A stretch of 64,000 nucleotides of DNA from positions 134,558 to 198,557 of the forward strand of contig JADJYS010000001.1 in the NCBI GenBank assembly GCA_016719645.1, given 5' to 3'. This DNA comes from a bacterium. Lineage in GTDB: Bacteria > Krumholzibacteriota > Krumholzibacteriia > LZORAL124-64-63. Both the position numbers and the translations under genes were made by a program. Shown here piece by piece: positions 47,852-57,468 of the stretch; the stretch's first letter is position 1; each line of letters begins with the position of its first letter. The notes under the pieces were generated by a model that made no database searches, was not told where the DNA came from, and saw only the letters and a program-made list of their open reading frames with translations.

Positions 47852-47968
47852 TCAGGCGCGCTTGCTGTGGTCGACCGCCTTGAGGATCTTCAGGTTCAGC
47901 ACGACGAACCGCAGCAGCTGGAACAGCTTGTTGTTCATCCAGTACTTGTCGCGCGGCGTGATCTCCAC
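47852..47968 (-). CDS. small ORF (38 aa) co-oriented downstream of SQR gene
   Basis: GTG start 8 nt after GGAGG that overlaps the SQR stop. VEITPRDKYWMNNKLFQLLRFVVLNLKILKAVDHSKRA, an amphipathic K/L-rich peptide. Confidence 0.35.
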   Translation of the reverse strand: MEITPRDKYWMNNKLFQLLRFVVLNLKILKAVDHSKRA

Positions 47969-47979
47969 GGGGCCGCCTC

Positions 47980-49416
47980 CTACTCGGGTATGATCTTCCA
48001 GCCGATGCGTCCCTGCAGCTTGTGCATGAACGTGGTATGGATCATGCGCTTCATCCAGGCGCCGGCCAGCCCCATCTCCATGTGCGTGACGAACTGGTCG
48101 CGCCCCGACTCGTTGGGGAAGCGCCGGTGGTCGGGGACCACCGGGTAGACCATGATCACCGCCGCCGACCCGTCCCGCAGCGAGTCCCCCATCGAGGCGA
48201 TGCAGGCCGCCGACATCTCGGTCATGCGTTCGCTGTGCGTCATGCGCCCGCGCGTCACCAGATCGACCACGTTCAGGGCCACGACGCGGCCGATGATGCC
48301 CGACACCATGCCGGTGCGGGGAGGCGCGGGACTCACCGGGCGTCCCGACGGCGTCTGGCGCGGGCGCGAGATCGGCCCGGGCGGCGCGAACGCGATGCCC
48401 GCGGCGAAGATCGAGGGGTAGTGCGGGTTCTGGTAGACGGCGGGCCAGGCGTCCGGGTCCCGCCGCAGCTCCTCGTAGGAGAGCCCGTAGCGGCCGTCCA
48501 CCGCCACCAGCCGCGCCGGCGTGACGACGCGGTCGGAGACGTCGCCGCCGTCGCGGCCGAGGTACTTCATGTCGACCCCGGTGAAGCGGGGGATGAGCAT
48601 GGCGAAATCGAACGGGGTCTCGCCCTCGCGGCCGGCGAGATCCTCCCAGAAGATGCGGCCGCCGTCGACCGCGTGGACCGACCGGGCCGTCTCGGGCGCG
48701 ATGCCGTAGTCGCGGAACGCCGCATCGATGAACTCGGCGCTGGTGGTGCGCACGCCGCGGTGCCTGGCCACCAGGCCGTCGATGCCGAAATCGCCCAGCT
48801 CGGGCTCGTTGGTGAGGTAGACCAGGTCGGCGCGGTCGCGCACCCCCTGCCGGACGAGGTCCTTGTGGACGTTGGTGATGTACTCGAGCGCCGCGCCCTG
48901 GCAGGTGGCGCCGCCGTGGCCGGTGCCGATCACCAGCCGCTGGCGTTCGCCGCGCCGCATGCGCCCGATCGACTCCAGGTAGCGGTCGCGAGCCTGCACG
49001 GCGTGCGGCGGCGTGCAGATCGACCAGGTCGCCCCCGCCGCGGGCCCCAGACCGGGGGTCGCGGCGAAGTCGAGCTTGGGCCCCGTCGCCAGGATCAGGT
49101 GGTCGTAGTCCAGGCGGAAGGGCTCGTCGCGGCCGTCTTCGGTCCGGCCGCAGACGAACCGCTCGTCGGGGTGCACCTCGTCCACGCGCCCCTGGACGAA
49201 GCCCACGCCGAAGCGGCGGTAGACCGGCGCCAGCGGGAACTGGGTCCGCTCCGGCGCCATGTGCCCGATGCCGACCCAAACCAGCGATGGGATGTAGACG
49301 AAGTTGGCGGAGCGGTTGACGACCGTGACCTCGTGGTCGCGGCCGAGCCGGTCCCCCAGGTAGAGCGCGGCGGTATGACCCGCGAAACCCGCGCCGACGA
49401 CGACGATCCTGGCCAT
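47980..49416 (-). CDS. sqr: sulfide:quinone oxidoreductase-like FAD-dependent pyridine-nucleotide-disulfide oxidoreductase
   Basis: MARIVVVGAGFAGHTAA FAD motif, second Rossmann (LVIGTGHGGATC), conserved Cys residues, C-terminal amphipathic membrane-anchoring helices. Confidence 0.8.
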   Translation of the reverse strand: MARIVVVGAGFAGHTAALYLGDRLGRDHEVTVVNRSANFVYIPSLVWVGIGHMAPERTQFPLAPVYRRFGVGFVQGRVDEVHPDERFVCGRTEDGRDEPFRLDYDHLILATGPKLDFAATPGLGPAAGATWSICTPPHAVQARDRYLESIGRMRRGERQRLVIGTGHGGATCQGAALEYITNVHKDLVRQGVRDRADLVYLTNEPELGDFGIDGLVARHRGVRTTSAEFIDAAFRDYGIAPETARSVHAVDGGRIFWEDLAGREGETPFDFAMLIPRFTGVDMKYLGRDGGDVSDRVVTPARLVAVDGRYGLSYEELRRDPDAWPAVYQNPHYPSIFAAGIAFAPPGPISRPRQTPSGRPVSPAPPRTGMVSGIIGRVVALNVVDLVTRGRMTHSERMTEMSAACIASMGDSLRDGSAAVIMVYPVVPDHRRFPNESGRDQFVTHMEMGLAGAWMKRMIHTTFMHKLQGRIGWKIIPE

Positions 49417-49591
49417 GGTCCCCCCCCGGAGTCGGACGCCCGGGCGGAGCCTAGCACGTCGCGCAGGCACCGGCTGCCGCTATTCCGCGGCGCTCCGGGC
49501 TTGGCAGCCCCGCGGGCCCCGTGGTAGCATGCCGGGGCCGGGCTTCCGCCCGCCCGGCCGAGCGATGTCACCGCCGGCAAGAGGAGGATCC

Positions 49592-50662
49592 ATGCGCGGC
49601 ACGAAGAACGTCCTGGTGGTGGGGACCGGGACCATCGGCGAGCCCCTGATCGGGCTGCTGAGCCATTTCAAGGACCAGTTGGGCGTCGACGAGGTGCTCT
49701 TCCACAAGAACACGCCGCTGGTCACCGACCGCAGCAAGGTCAAGGACCTCATCCGGCGCGGCGCGCGCATCGTCTCGGACAAGGATCACGTCGCGGGTTT
49801 CAAGGACATCGGCATCCAGGTCGACACCACGACCGAGGACGCGCTGCAGGCCGCGCGGGTCGTCATCGACTGCACGCCCCTGGGCAACGACATGAAGGAG
49901 AAGTGGTACCGGTCCTACGAGGGTTCGACCGACCTCTTCATCGCCCAGGGCAGCGAGTTCGGCTTCGGCAAGCAGTACGCGCGCGGGATCAACGACGAGG
50001 TGCTCGACCACGCGACCGACAAGTACCTGCAGGTGGTCAGCTGCAACACCCACAACCTGTCGCTGATCATCAAGATGCTCGGGCTCGGCGACGAGGGCCC
50101 CGACAACCTGGTGCAGGGGCGCTTCGTGTGCATCCGCCGCGCCAACGACATCAGCCAGGACGGCAAGTTCGTGCCGAGTCCCGAGGTCGGCTCGCACGGC
50201 GACGCCGTCTTCGGCACCCACCACGCCCGCGACGCCTGGCACCTGTTCAACACCCTGGGCTACGACCTGAAGCTGTTCTCCTCGGCCCTGAAGCTCAACA
50301 CCAACCTGATGCACACCCTGCAGTTCCACCTGACGGTGCGCAAGCCGGTGACCCACGCCGAGCTGATGCAGCGCTGCGAGGCCAACGACCGCGTGGCGAT
50401 GACCCACAAGAAGACGGCCAACTCGATCTTCTCGTTCGGGCGCGACCACGGCTTCTACGGCCGCATCCTCAACCAGACCGTGATCCCCTACAACGGGATC
50501 CACGTCTCGCAGGACGGCCGCGAGATCACCGGCTTCTGCTTCACCCCCCAGGACGGCAACAGCCTGCTGAGCTCGGTCGCCGCCACCGTCTGGGCGCTCT
50601 ACCCGGACACCTACGACAAGATCATCCAGTGCCTGCGGCCCTACTTCTTCGACGAGGTGTAG
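49592..50662 (+). CDS. type II (archaeal-type) glyceraldehyde-3-phosphate dehydrogenase homologue
   Basis: VLVVGTGTIGEPL N-terminal Rossmann. VVIDCTPLG and YLQVVSCNTHNL align with the archaeal GAPDH IDCTPEG / VVSCNTTGL catalytic-Cys motif. 356 aa. GAGGAGG RBS. Confidence 0.65.
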   Translation: MRGTKNVLVVGTGTIGEPLIGLLSHFKDQLGVDEVLFHKNTPLVTDRSKVKDLIRRGARIVSDKDHVAGFKDIGIQVDTTTEDALQAARVVIDCTPLGNDMKEKWYRSYEGSTDLFIAQGSEFGFGKQYARGINDEVLDHATDKYLQVVSCNTHNLSLIIKMLGLGDEGPDNLVQGRFVCIRRANDISQDGKFVPSPEVGSHGDAVFGTHHARDAWHLFNTLGYDLKLFSSALKLNTNLMHTLQFHLTVRKPVTHAELMQRCEANDRVAMTHKKTANSIFSFGRDHGFYGRILNQTVIPYNGIHVSQDGREITGFCFTPQDGNSLLSSVAATVWALYPDTYDKIIQCLRPYFFDEV

Positions 50663-50684
50663 CCGGCCGCCCGGCCCGCAGCCA

Positions 50685-50710
50685 CGACGCGCGGAGGCGC
50701 CCGGTCGCGA
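50685..50710. terminator. bidirectional intrinsic terminator between convergent type II GAPDH gene and TPR gene
   Basis: ggcgcccggtc-gcga-gaccgggcgcc, a perfect 11-bp stem, followed by ccgtttcc. Confidence 0.5.
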
Positions 50711-50743
50711 GACCGGGCGCCCCGTTTCCGGGCCGCGGACCCG

Positions 50744-52219
50744 CTAGTCGGCGGGGGTCGGCGCGAGCTGCGCGATCAGGTCGCGGTAGGTCTGCTGCGC
50801 CGGCAGCTTGGCGTCGGCGCGGGCCAGCAGCGGCTGCACCTTCGCCAGGGCCTGGCCGGCGAGTTCGGCCTGGCCGAGTTCGAGGGCCGACCGCGCCAGC
50901 AGCAGCAGGGGGCGGATGCGCGCGGGGTTGGTCTCGAGGATCCGCTTCGCGTTCTCGAGCGCCGGGCCGGGCCGGCCGGCGGCGAGGTAGCTCTCGCCCT
51001 GGCGCCAGAGGAACCACCAGCGCTCGTGCGCGGGTCGCGACAGGCTGGAGTCGAGCATCAGCTGCCACTCGTCGATCGCCTTCTCGTGGTCGCCGTCGCG
51101 GGTCGCCAGCATGGCCCGGAACTGGTGCTCGAGGTTGTCGAGCTGATCGCGGTAGTTCTTGAAGGCGAAGGCGTCGCTGCGGCGCGCCTCGGCCAGGAAG
51201 CCGGCGATCGCGGCGTTCGCCTCTTCGCGGCGGTCCTGCATCGCCAGCTGGATCGCCCGGTAGAAGTCGCACAGGAAGGCGTCCGGGTACTTCCGCTGGT
51301 AGGACTCCATGGCGCGCAGGGCCTCGTCGTAGAGCTCGTGGGTGTAGTACATGCGGATGAGCGTCTCGTCGAGCTCGCGCTCCTGCGGCAGGCCCGCCAG
51401 CGCGGCGCGGATGCTCTCGAGGATCTTCTCGCCCTTGGCGATCATGCCCTGCTCGAGGTACAGCTCGCCCAGGTTGATCTGCGAGTAGTGGAAGTCGGGC
51501 TGGGCGTCCAGGGCGGCCGCGAACTCGCGCTCGGCGTCCGCGTAGTCGCCCTTCCAGCTCAGCACCTCGCCCAGCGAGTCGTGGGGGTTGGCCAGCCCGG
51601 GCGCCAGGAAGGCGTACTTGCGCAGGTGGGTGACGGCCTGCTCGTAGTCGCCGCGTCCCGCGGCGAGGTAGCCGAGCATGTTGTAGGCGGGAGCGTGGTT
51701 GGGCTCGATGGCCAGGATCTGCTCGTAGATGCGCTGGCAGTCGTCCCACTTGCCGGTCTGATAGAGGACGCTGGCCTTGGCCGACAGGGCCATCAGGTCC
51801 GTCGGCTGCTCGGCGAGCACGTAGTCCAGCAGCGAGTCGCGGACCTGGTCGCCCGGCTTGCGGTAGGCGAGCAGCAGCAGCTGCAGCTTCGCGCGCTCGA
51901 GCGCGTTGGGCAGGCGGGCGGCGAGGCTGTCGGCGAGGGCGGCCTCCCGGTCGCTGTCGGCCTGGTCGCCGAAGCGCAGCGAGAGCTGCGAGAGCAGGGC
52001 GTGGGCCGCCGCGAACTCGCCGTCCAGGGCCACCGCGCGCCGCAGCGAGGAGTCGGCCTGGGAGAACTGGAACGCGTTCAACTGGGAGTAGCCGCGCTCG
52101 AACAGCTTGTAGGCCTCCCCCGAGCGCGTGGTGAACTCGCGCTTCGGCCCCCCCAGGAACAGCAGGGCCAGGGCGACCAGCGCCAGGGCGGCCAATCCCA
52201 TCAGGACGGATCTCTTCAT
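50744..52219 (-). CDS. TPR-repeat protein with N-terminal signal/anchor
   Basis: MKRSVLMGLAALALVALALLFLGG hydrophobic N-terminus, then more than 8 TPR-like repeats. ATGA overlap with the upstream PP2C-protein stop. Confidence 0.7.
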   Translation of the reverse strand: MKRSVLMGLAALALVALALLFLGGPKREFTTRSGEAYKLFERGYSQLNAFQFSQADSSLRRAVALDGEFAAAHALLSQLSLRFGDQADSDREAALADSLAARLPNALERAKLQLLLLAYRKPGDQVRDSLLDYVLAEQPTDLMALSAKASVLYQTGKWDDCQRIYEQILAIEPNHAPAYNMLGYLAAGRGDYEQAVTHLRKYAFLAPGLANPHDSLGEVLSWKGDYADAEREFAAALDAQPDFHYSQINLGELYLEQGMIAKGEKILESIRAALAGLPQERELDETLIRMYYTHELYDEALRAMESYQRKYPDAFLCDFYRAIQLAMQDRREEANAAIAGFLAEARRSDAFAFKNYRDQLDNLEHQFRAMLATRDGDHEKAIDEWQLMLDSSLSRPAHERWWFLWRQGESYLAAGRPGPALENAKRILETNPARIRPLLLLARSALELGQAELAGQALAKVQPLLARADAKLPAQQTYRDLIAQLAPTPAD

Positions 52220-54864
52220 GACTCGTTCTCCGCTCGGGTGAGGGGGGGCAGGCCCCGCTGTGCGTACGCAACGGCGTCCGTCGGGTTGCCGGCGGCGGTG
52301 TGGAGGGCCTTCAGGACCAGCAGGGTCACGTCGTCGTCCGCCTGCTCGCGCCCGCTGAAGGCGCGCAGCTCGGCGTTCATGATGTCGAGCAGGTCGCCCG
52401 CCCCGATCCCGTGGTGTTCGGACAGCAGGCGCTCCACGCGCGCGGTGCCGAACTCCTCGTCGGCGTGGTCGACGGTCTCGGTCAGCCCGTCGGTGTAGAG
52501 GAAGAGCATGTCGCCGGGGCCGAAGTCGATCGTCTCCTCCTCGTAGCTCCCGAAATCGAAGGCGCCCAGGGGCAGGCCGCCCTTGTCCAGCTGGAGCAGG
52601 GTCCCGTCGGCCCGGCGCAGGATCGGGGCGTTGTGGCCGCCCGAGCTGTAGCGCAGCCGCCGGCGCACGGGGTCCACGAAGGCCAGGAACAGGGTGGCGA
52701 AGTGGGTCGGGTCGGTGCTCGCGTACAGGTAGAGGTTGACCCGGTCGAGGATCTCGCCCGGGGAGTCGCTGATGGCGCAGTGGGCGCGCAGCGAGGCCTG
52801 GAGGCTCGAGGCCAGCAGGCTGGCGGGGATGCCCTTGCCGCTGACGTCGCTGATGATGACCACGAGCTGCCCGTCGTCCCGCACGATCAGGTCGTAGTAG
52901 TCGCCGCTGACCTCGGCGCTGTTGAGGTTGCAGGCGGCCAGCTCCAGGCCGCGCACCTCGGGCAGGCGTTCGGGCAGCAGCCGGCTCTGGATCGAGCGCG
53001 CCAGGGCGAGCTGCTCCTCCAGCTTCTGCTTCTTCAGCTCCTCCTCGTAGAGGCGGCTGTTCTCGATCTGCAGGGCCATCTGCCCGGCCACCAGGGTGAG
53101 CAGCTCGAGGTCCTGCAGCTGGTAGTCGTCGCCGCCGTGCTTGGGCGGCAGGGCGAAGAGCCCGACCAGGCGGCCGCGCACCAGCATCGGCACCAGCAGC
53201 GCGATCCCCAGGCCGGCCAGGGCGTCCCGCTCCTGCAGCCGCTGCAGCAGCTCGGCCTGCTCGCGGGTCGCGGCCGCGCGGACGTCCAGGCGGACCTGGC
53301 TGCGCTCGACCCAGTAGGGCTCGTTGAACTGCGCGAGGCGCAGGGCCGTGGCCGCGAGCCTCAGCGTCGCGGGGCACTCGTCGCAGCCGTCCGGGCCGGC
53401 GCGGGGCCCGTCGGCGGCGGGGTGGGCGACGACCCCGGCCAGCAGCCACTCCTCGCCGGCGGGGCCCGGCCGGTAGACCGCGAGGCGCGGCAGGTCGACC
53501 AGCTGGCAGAGCCGCCCGCCGATGCGCCCGATCAGCGCGTCCTGCTGGATGATCTGGGGGATCTCCAGCCCGAACTCCTGCAGGGCGCCGGCCAGGTTGC
53601 CGCGGCTGCGGAAGAAGCGGCGGTCCAGCTGCCCCTGCAGGTGGACGCGGGCCGGCCACAGCGAGGCGGCCGCGGCCAGCGTCGCGGCGACCGTGGCGAC
53701 CTGGCTGGTCTGCGAGCTGAGGCGCAGCAGCAGCGCGCCCAGGCCCAGCACGAACCCCAGGTAGAGCAGGAACAGGCCGCCGGTCAGCAGGGAGTAGACG
53801 AGGCTGCGCTTGAGCAGCACCTCGATCTGCATCACGCGGTAGCGGGCGATGCAGTAGCTGAACGACAGCGGCACGGCGATCATCGGCACCGTGCCGATGA
53901 AGGCGAGCGTGTCGCCCACGCGGTCGCCCGGCAGCACGGTGAAGATCAGGAAGGGCAGGATGCCCGCCAGCGTGCCGACGGTCAGGATGCGGATGCGGCG
54001 GCGCTGCAGCGGGTCGCGGAACTGGTAGTAGCTGTGCAGCAGGGCGACGGCGCCGGCCGAGAAGAACGTGCCCAGGACCAGCCAGCGCGTGTTGTAGATC
54101 CGCGGGGCGTGGGAGCCGAAGAACTGGTCCATGGTGAACTGCAGGTAGAAGACCAGCGGCAGCACGTAGAGCAGGGGCTCGAGCCAGGGCCGCCGCGTGA
54201 CGATGATCTTCTTGTCCGGGAACACCAGGAAGAAGTGCAGGAACAGCGCCGGCAGCAGGAAGCGCGCGAGCGCGCCGGCGTTGCGGGTGATGATGTCGCC
54301 CCAGAAGTAGCTCGACCGGTTCAGGTCGGTCATGAAGAACACGGCGAACAGCAGGCACATCCTGAAGAACAGCCGCGCGGCCTGCGACTCCCGCCCGCGC
54401 AGGTAGATCATCAGGCCGATCAGCCAGTAGGCCAGGGAGAGGAACCCGTAGTACGGGTAGAAGCGGTCGGCGGTGCGGAACGCGCTCAGCCGCACCGGCA
54501 CGCGCAGGACCTTGCCGTCGCGCATGATCAGGTAGGGCACCAGCGAGCCGACCTGCTGCCGGCCGAGCAGCTGGGCGGCCTCCTGGGGCGAGGCGACCAG
54601 GGTGGTGCCGATGCCGATGATCTCGTCGCCCGGCTGCAGCAGGTTGATCCCGCCGTCGGCCCGCGGCGGCACCTCCAGCACGGTGACCGTCGAGCGGCCC
54701 AGCAGCCAGACCGTGCCGTCGTTGGGGCGGATCTTGCCGGCGTCCATGGCGGAGAACAGGCAGAGCCCGAACGTGGCGAGCGCCCCGAGCAGGTGGGCCC
54801 AATGGCCGACGGCGCCGCCGCGGGGCGCTGCGGAAAACTGGAAGTTGGACTCTTCCGTCGCCAT
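52216..54864 (-). CDS. multidomain signalling protein: PDZ - polytopic membrane domain - GAF - PP2C/SpoIIE Ser/Thr phosphatase
   Basis: N-terminal TM plus PDZ-like (GDEIIGIG). About 8 hydrophobic helices. GAF (LVGLFALPPKHGGDDY). C-terminal PP2C (SGDYYD, DVSGKG, LYTDGL). 882 aa. Confidence 0.8.
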   Translation of the reverse strand: MATEESNFQFSAAPRGGAVGHWAHLLGALATFGLCLFSAMDAGKIRPNDGTVWLLGRSTVTVLEVPPRADGGINLLQPGDEIIGIGTTLVASPQEAAQLLGRQQVGSLVPYLIMRDGKVLRVPVRLSAFRTADRFYPYYGFLSLAYWLIGLMIYLRGRESQAARLFFRMCLLFAVFFMTDLNRSSYFWGDIITRNAGALARFLLPALFLHFFLVFPDKKIIVTRRPWLEPLLYVLPLVFYLQFTMDQFFGSHAPRIYNTRWLVLGTFFSAGAVALLHSYYQFRDPLQRRRIRILTVGTLAGILPFLIFTVLPGDRVGDTLAFIGTVPMIAVPLSFSYCIARYRVMQIEVLLKRSLVYSLLTGGLFLLYLGFVLGLGALLLRLSSQTSQVATVAATLAAAASLWPARVHLQGQLDRRFFRSRGNLAGALQEFGLEIPQIIQQDALIGRIGGRLCQLVDLPRLAVYRPGPAGEEWLLAGVVAHPAADGPRAGPDGCDECPATLRLAATALRLAQFNEPYWVERSQVRLDVRAAATREQAELLQRLQERDALAGLGIALLVPMLVRGRLVGLFALPPKHGGDDYQLQDLELLTLVAGQMALQIENSRLYEEELKKQKLEEQLALARSIQSRLLPERLPEVRGLELAACNLNSAEVSGDYYDLIVRDDGQLVVIISDVSGKGIPASLLASSLQASLRAHCAISDSPGEILDRVNLYLYASTDPTHFATLFLAFVDPVRRRLRYSSGGHNAPILRRADGTLLQLDKGGLPLGAFDFGSYEEETIDFGPGDMLFLYTDGLTETVDHADEEFGTARVERLLSEHHGIGAGDLLDIMNAELRAFSGREQADDDVTLLVLKALHTAAGNPTDAVAYAQRGLPPLTRAENES

Positions 54865-54955
54865 CGTTATCCTGGTCCTTCGGCGGGGTGACGCCTCGTC
54901 GTCGGGCACAATATCATAGAGAACGGGGCGTGGCTGCAATTGTTGCGGGGAGGGC

Positions 54956-55367
54956 CGTGGACGGCGACCGGTTGACGGGGCCCCTGCCCTGGACCTGCGA
55001 GCGGGGGGAGGGGCGCCTGGCCGTCCGGCTGGAACTCCGCCCCCAGGGGCGCGACCTGCTGCTGCTGATCGGCGGCGGCGCGGTCCACGCCGGCGCCGTG
55101 GCCGTCGCCTCGCCCGCCGGGGGCACCGCCGGGGAGCCCTGCGACGAGCTGGCGGTCGTGCCCGGCCACAAGGAAGGCCCGCTCGCCCGCGAAGGCGCGC
55201 GGCGGCTGGCCGCCGCCTCGGGCCGCACCTGCGTCGCGGTCGCCGGCATCCACCAGGACCGCGCGACGCCGGACGAGATCGCCGCGATCGTGGCGCACGC
55301 CCGCGACGCCCTGCACGACCTGGCCGACGCCCTGACGCGCCGGCGCCGAGAGGAAGGAACGGCATGA
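54956..55367 (+). CDS. hypothetical protein (co-oriented with, and ATGA-overlapping, suhB)
   Basis: Strong third-position GC bias in this frame. No recognisable family. Start uncertain between 54888 ORF start and GTG 54956. Confidence 0.4.
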
Positions 55368-56182
55368 ACCGCGAACTGGCCGCCATCGAGACCACGCTGC
55401 TGAGCTGGACGGACGAGATCGGCGCCATCGCCACCGGCCTGTTCCGCCGCACGGGGGAGCTGCGGTTCAAGCACGGGCAGGAGGCGATCACCGAGGCCGA
55501 CCACCGCATCGAACGGCTGCTGGTCGAACGGATCCGCGCGGCCTTCCCCGGCGACGCCGTCCACGGCGAGGAATTCGGCGATTCGGGCGGCGGCGTCGCC
55601 GCCGCCGGCGGGCGCACCTGGTACCTCGATCCCGTCGACGGGACGCTGAACTTCTCCCTCGGCCTGCCGGACTTCTGCACGTCGGTGGCCCTGATGGAGG
55701 GCGACGAGATCCTGGCCGCGCTGGTCTACCAGCCGCTGCACGGCGAGCGCTTCACCGCGGTGCGCGGCGGCGGCGCCCGGCTCAACGGCGCGCCCATCCG
55801 GGTGAGCGGCCGCGCCCCGCTGAGCGCCGCGATCCTCAGCCTGCAGCTGCAGAAGCGCGGCCGCTTCGTGCAGAGCGCGCCGCTGCTGCAGAAGGTCCTG
55901 CTCGATTCGATGAAGGTCCGCCGGCTGGGGACCATCGCCCTGGAGATGGCCTACCTGGCGGACGGCCGCTACGACGGGCTGCTGGCGGGGCGCGGCCAGC
56001 CGCAGGAGCTGTACGACGTGGCGGCGGGGATGCTGCTGGTGCAGGAGGCGGGGGGCGTCGTGACCGATCACCGCGGCCTGCCCTACGTCCCGGGCTCGAC
56101 CGACCTGATCGGCAGCAACGGCGCGATCCACGACGAGCTGATCGCGCTGATCCGGGAGCACCACGACACGACGCGCGACTGA
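55364..56182 (+). CDS. suhB: inositol monophosphatase family protein
   Basis: DPVDGT and WYLDP-type metal-binding motifs of the IMPase family. Confidence 0.85.
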   Translation: MNRELAAIETTLLSWTDEIGAIATGLFRRTGELRFKHGQEAITEADHRIERLLVERIRAAFPGDAVHGEEFGDSGGGVAAAGGRTWYLDPVDGTLNFSLGLPDFCTSVALMEGDEILAALVYQPLHGERFTAVRGGGARLNGAPIRVSGRAPLSAAILSLQLQKRGRFVQSAPLLQKVLLDSMKVRRLGTIALEMAYLADGRYDGLLAGRGQPQELYDVAAGMLLVQEAGGVVTDHRGLPYVPGSTDLIGSNGAIHDELIALIREHHDTTRD

Positions 56183-56184
56183 GC

Positions 56185-57468
56185 CTAGAGGTACTGCAGG
56201 GCCAGCGCGCCGCTGCCGAGCAGGCCGTAGCTGAGCCAGGCCGGGTCCTCGGCGCCGCTGCGGTCGCGGCAGGCGAGGGCCGCGGCGCGCAGCGAGCTCG
56301 CGACGGTCGCGCCGGCGGCCAGGGCCCGGTAGAAGTCGCCCGCGAAGGCGCGGGCCCGCGGCTGCGACACCGCCAGGTGCGGACCCACCACGGCCGAAGC
56401 TCCCGACATCAGGAACCGCGGGCCGAAGGACGTCAGCCCCAGGTAGCTGTTGGAGAAGACCAGCGGCGGCGTGGCGGCGTGACGCGCCAGATCCTCGGGC
56501 GACACCGGCCCGTCCTCCAGCAGCCAGTGCGCCTGCGCTCCCGACGCCGCATGAGCGTCGCCGCCCCCGGACCACGGGTGCAGGCGGCCCTGTTCGGCCC
56601 GCTCGGAGATGCGGTCCAGCAGGGCGGTGACCGGATCCACGCCGACGGGTTCCAGCTCCAGCTCCTCCTGCGCCGACATCATGAGGTCGCGGGCCAGGGA
56701 CTCCCAGCCCGAGAGCTGCGTCGTGGCCGACGCCAGCTGGGGCGCGGCCGTGGCGCCGCTGAAGTGGAAGCCCTGGTAGCGGCGGCCGGTGCGGGCCAGG
56801 CGGCCCGGGGTCATCGCGCCCGCCGGCGACTCGAGCCAGGCCAGCCTCTGACCGTCGCCCAGCCGGGCCAGGGCCTCGTCCAGCATGGCGCGCTCGAGGC
56901 GCGCCTGCACCGTGCCGTCGCCGCGCCCGTGCCCGTCGAGGAACAGGACGCCGGGGTCGGCGCAATCCTCGGGGCGGAAACGCCGCACGACCTCGCCCAG
57001 CCGCGACGGGCCCTGCGTCTGCTCCGTCTGGATCTGGTCCTCCCAGCGCCGGGACCAGGCGCCGCGCCGGGCGGACTTGAGCGAGCTGCGCCGGTCGGCG
57101 CAGATCGGGGCCATCTCCAGCACGAAGCGGATGCCGTTGTGCAGGCAGGACCAGGGCAGGACCAGGTCGTCGGTCGCCACCACCAGGTGGTAGCCGATCG
57201 GGGTCTCGGCGGCGGCGCCGGCCAGGCTGGGGGAGGCGGCGCCCACGTCCGGACGCTCGGGGGCGAAGGCCGCGGGGTTGCCGGTCTGGGCGGCCCGGAA
57301 CAGCAACTGCCCGAGCTCGGTCATCGCCGCGTGGACCGCCGGGCTGTCGAGCCCCTCGGTCTGCTGCAGGCGCACCAGCCGCTCGCGCTGGGCGTGCGCG
57401 CGGTCGAGCAGACCGCGCCGGGTGGTCGCGTCCTGGCCGCGAGTCAGATCGATATCCAGCCACTGCAC
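56185..57468 (-). CDS. CHAT-like (caspase-fold) domain protein with catalytic Cys apparently replaced (pseudo-protease?)
   Basis: His-Gly motif VLFLDGHG. The position of the usual CHAT Cys reads LVFSNSYLG. C-terminal ...AWLSYGLLGSGALAL resembles the CHAT C-terminal strand. GTG start. Confidence 0.5.
   Translation of the reverse strand: MQWLDIDLTRGQDATTRRGLLDRAHAQRERLVRLQQTEGLDSPAVHAAMTELGQLLFRAAQTGNPAAFAPERPDVGAASPSLAGAAAETPIGYHLVVATDDLVLPWSCLHNGIRFVLEMAPICADRRSSLKSARRGAWSRRWEDQIQTEQTQGPSRLGEVVRRFRPEDCADPGVLFLDGHGRGDGTVQARLERAMLDEALARLGDGQRLAWLESPAGAMTPGRLARTGRRYQGFHFSGATAAPQLASATTQLSGWESLARDLMMSAQEELELEPVGVDPVTALLDRISERAEQGRLHPWSGGGDAHAASGAQAHWLLEDGPVSPEDLARHAATPPLVFSNSYLGLTSFGPRFLMSGASAVVGPHLAVSQPRARAFAGDFYRALAAGATVASSLRAAALACRDRSGAEDPAWLSYGLLGSGALALQYL

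Noticed and set aside
54888-54955. ATG at 54888 as the start of the hypothetical gene upstream of suhB
   Set aside because: That start would overlap the divergent PP2C-protein gene's promoter region, and the first 22 codons are Arg-rich. The GTG at 54956 is preferred but not certain.
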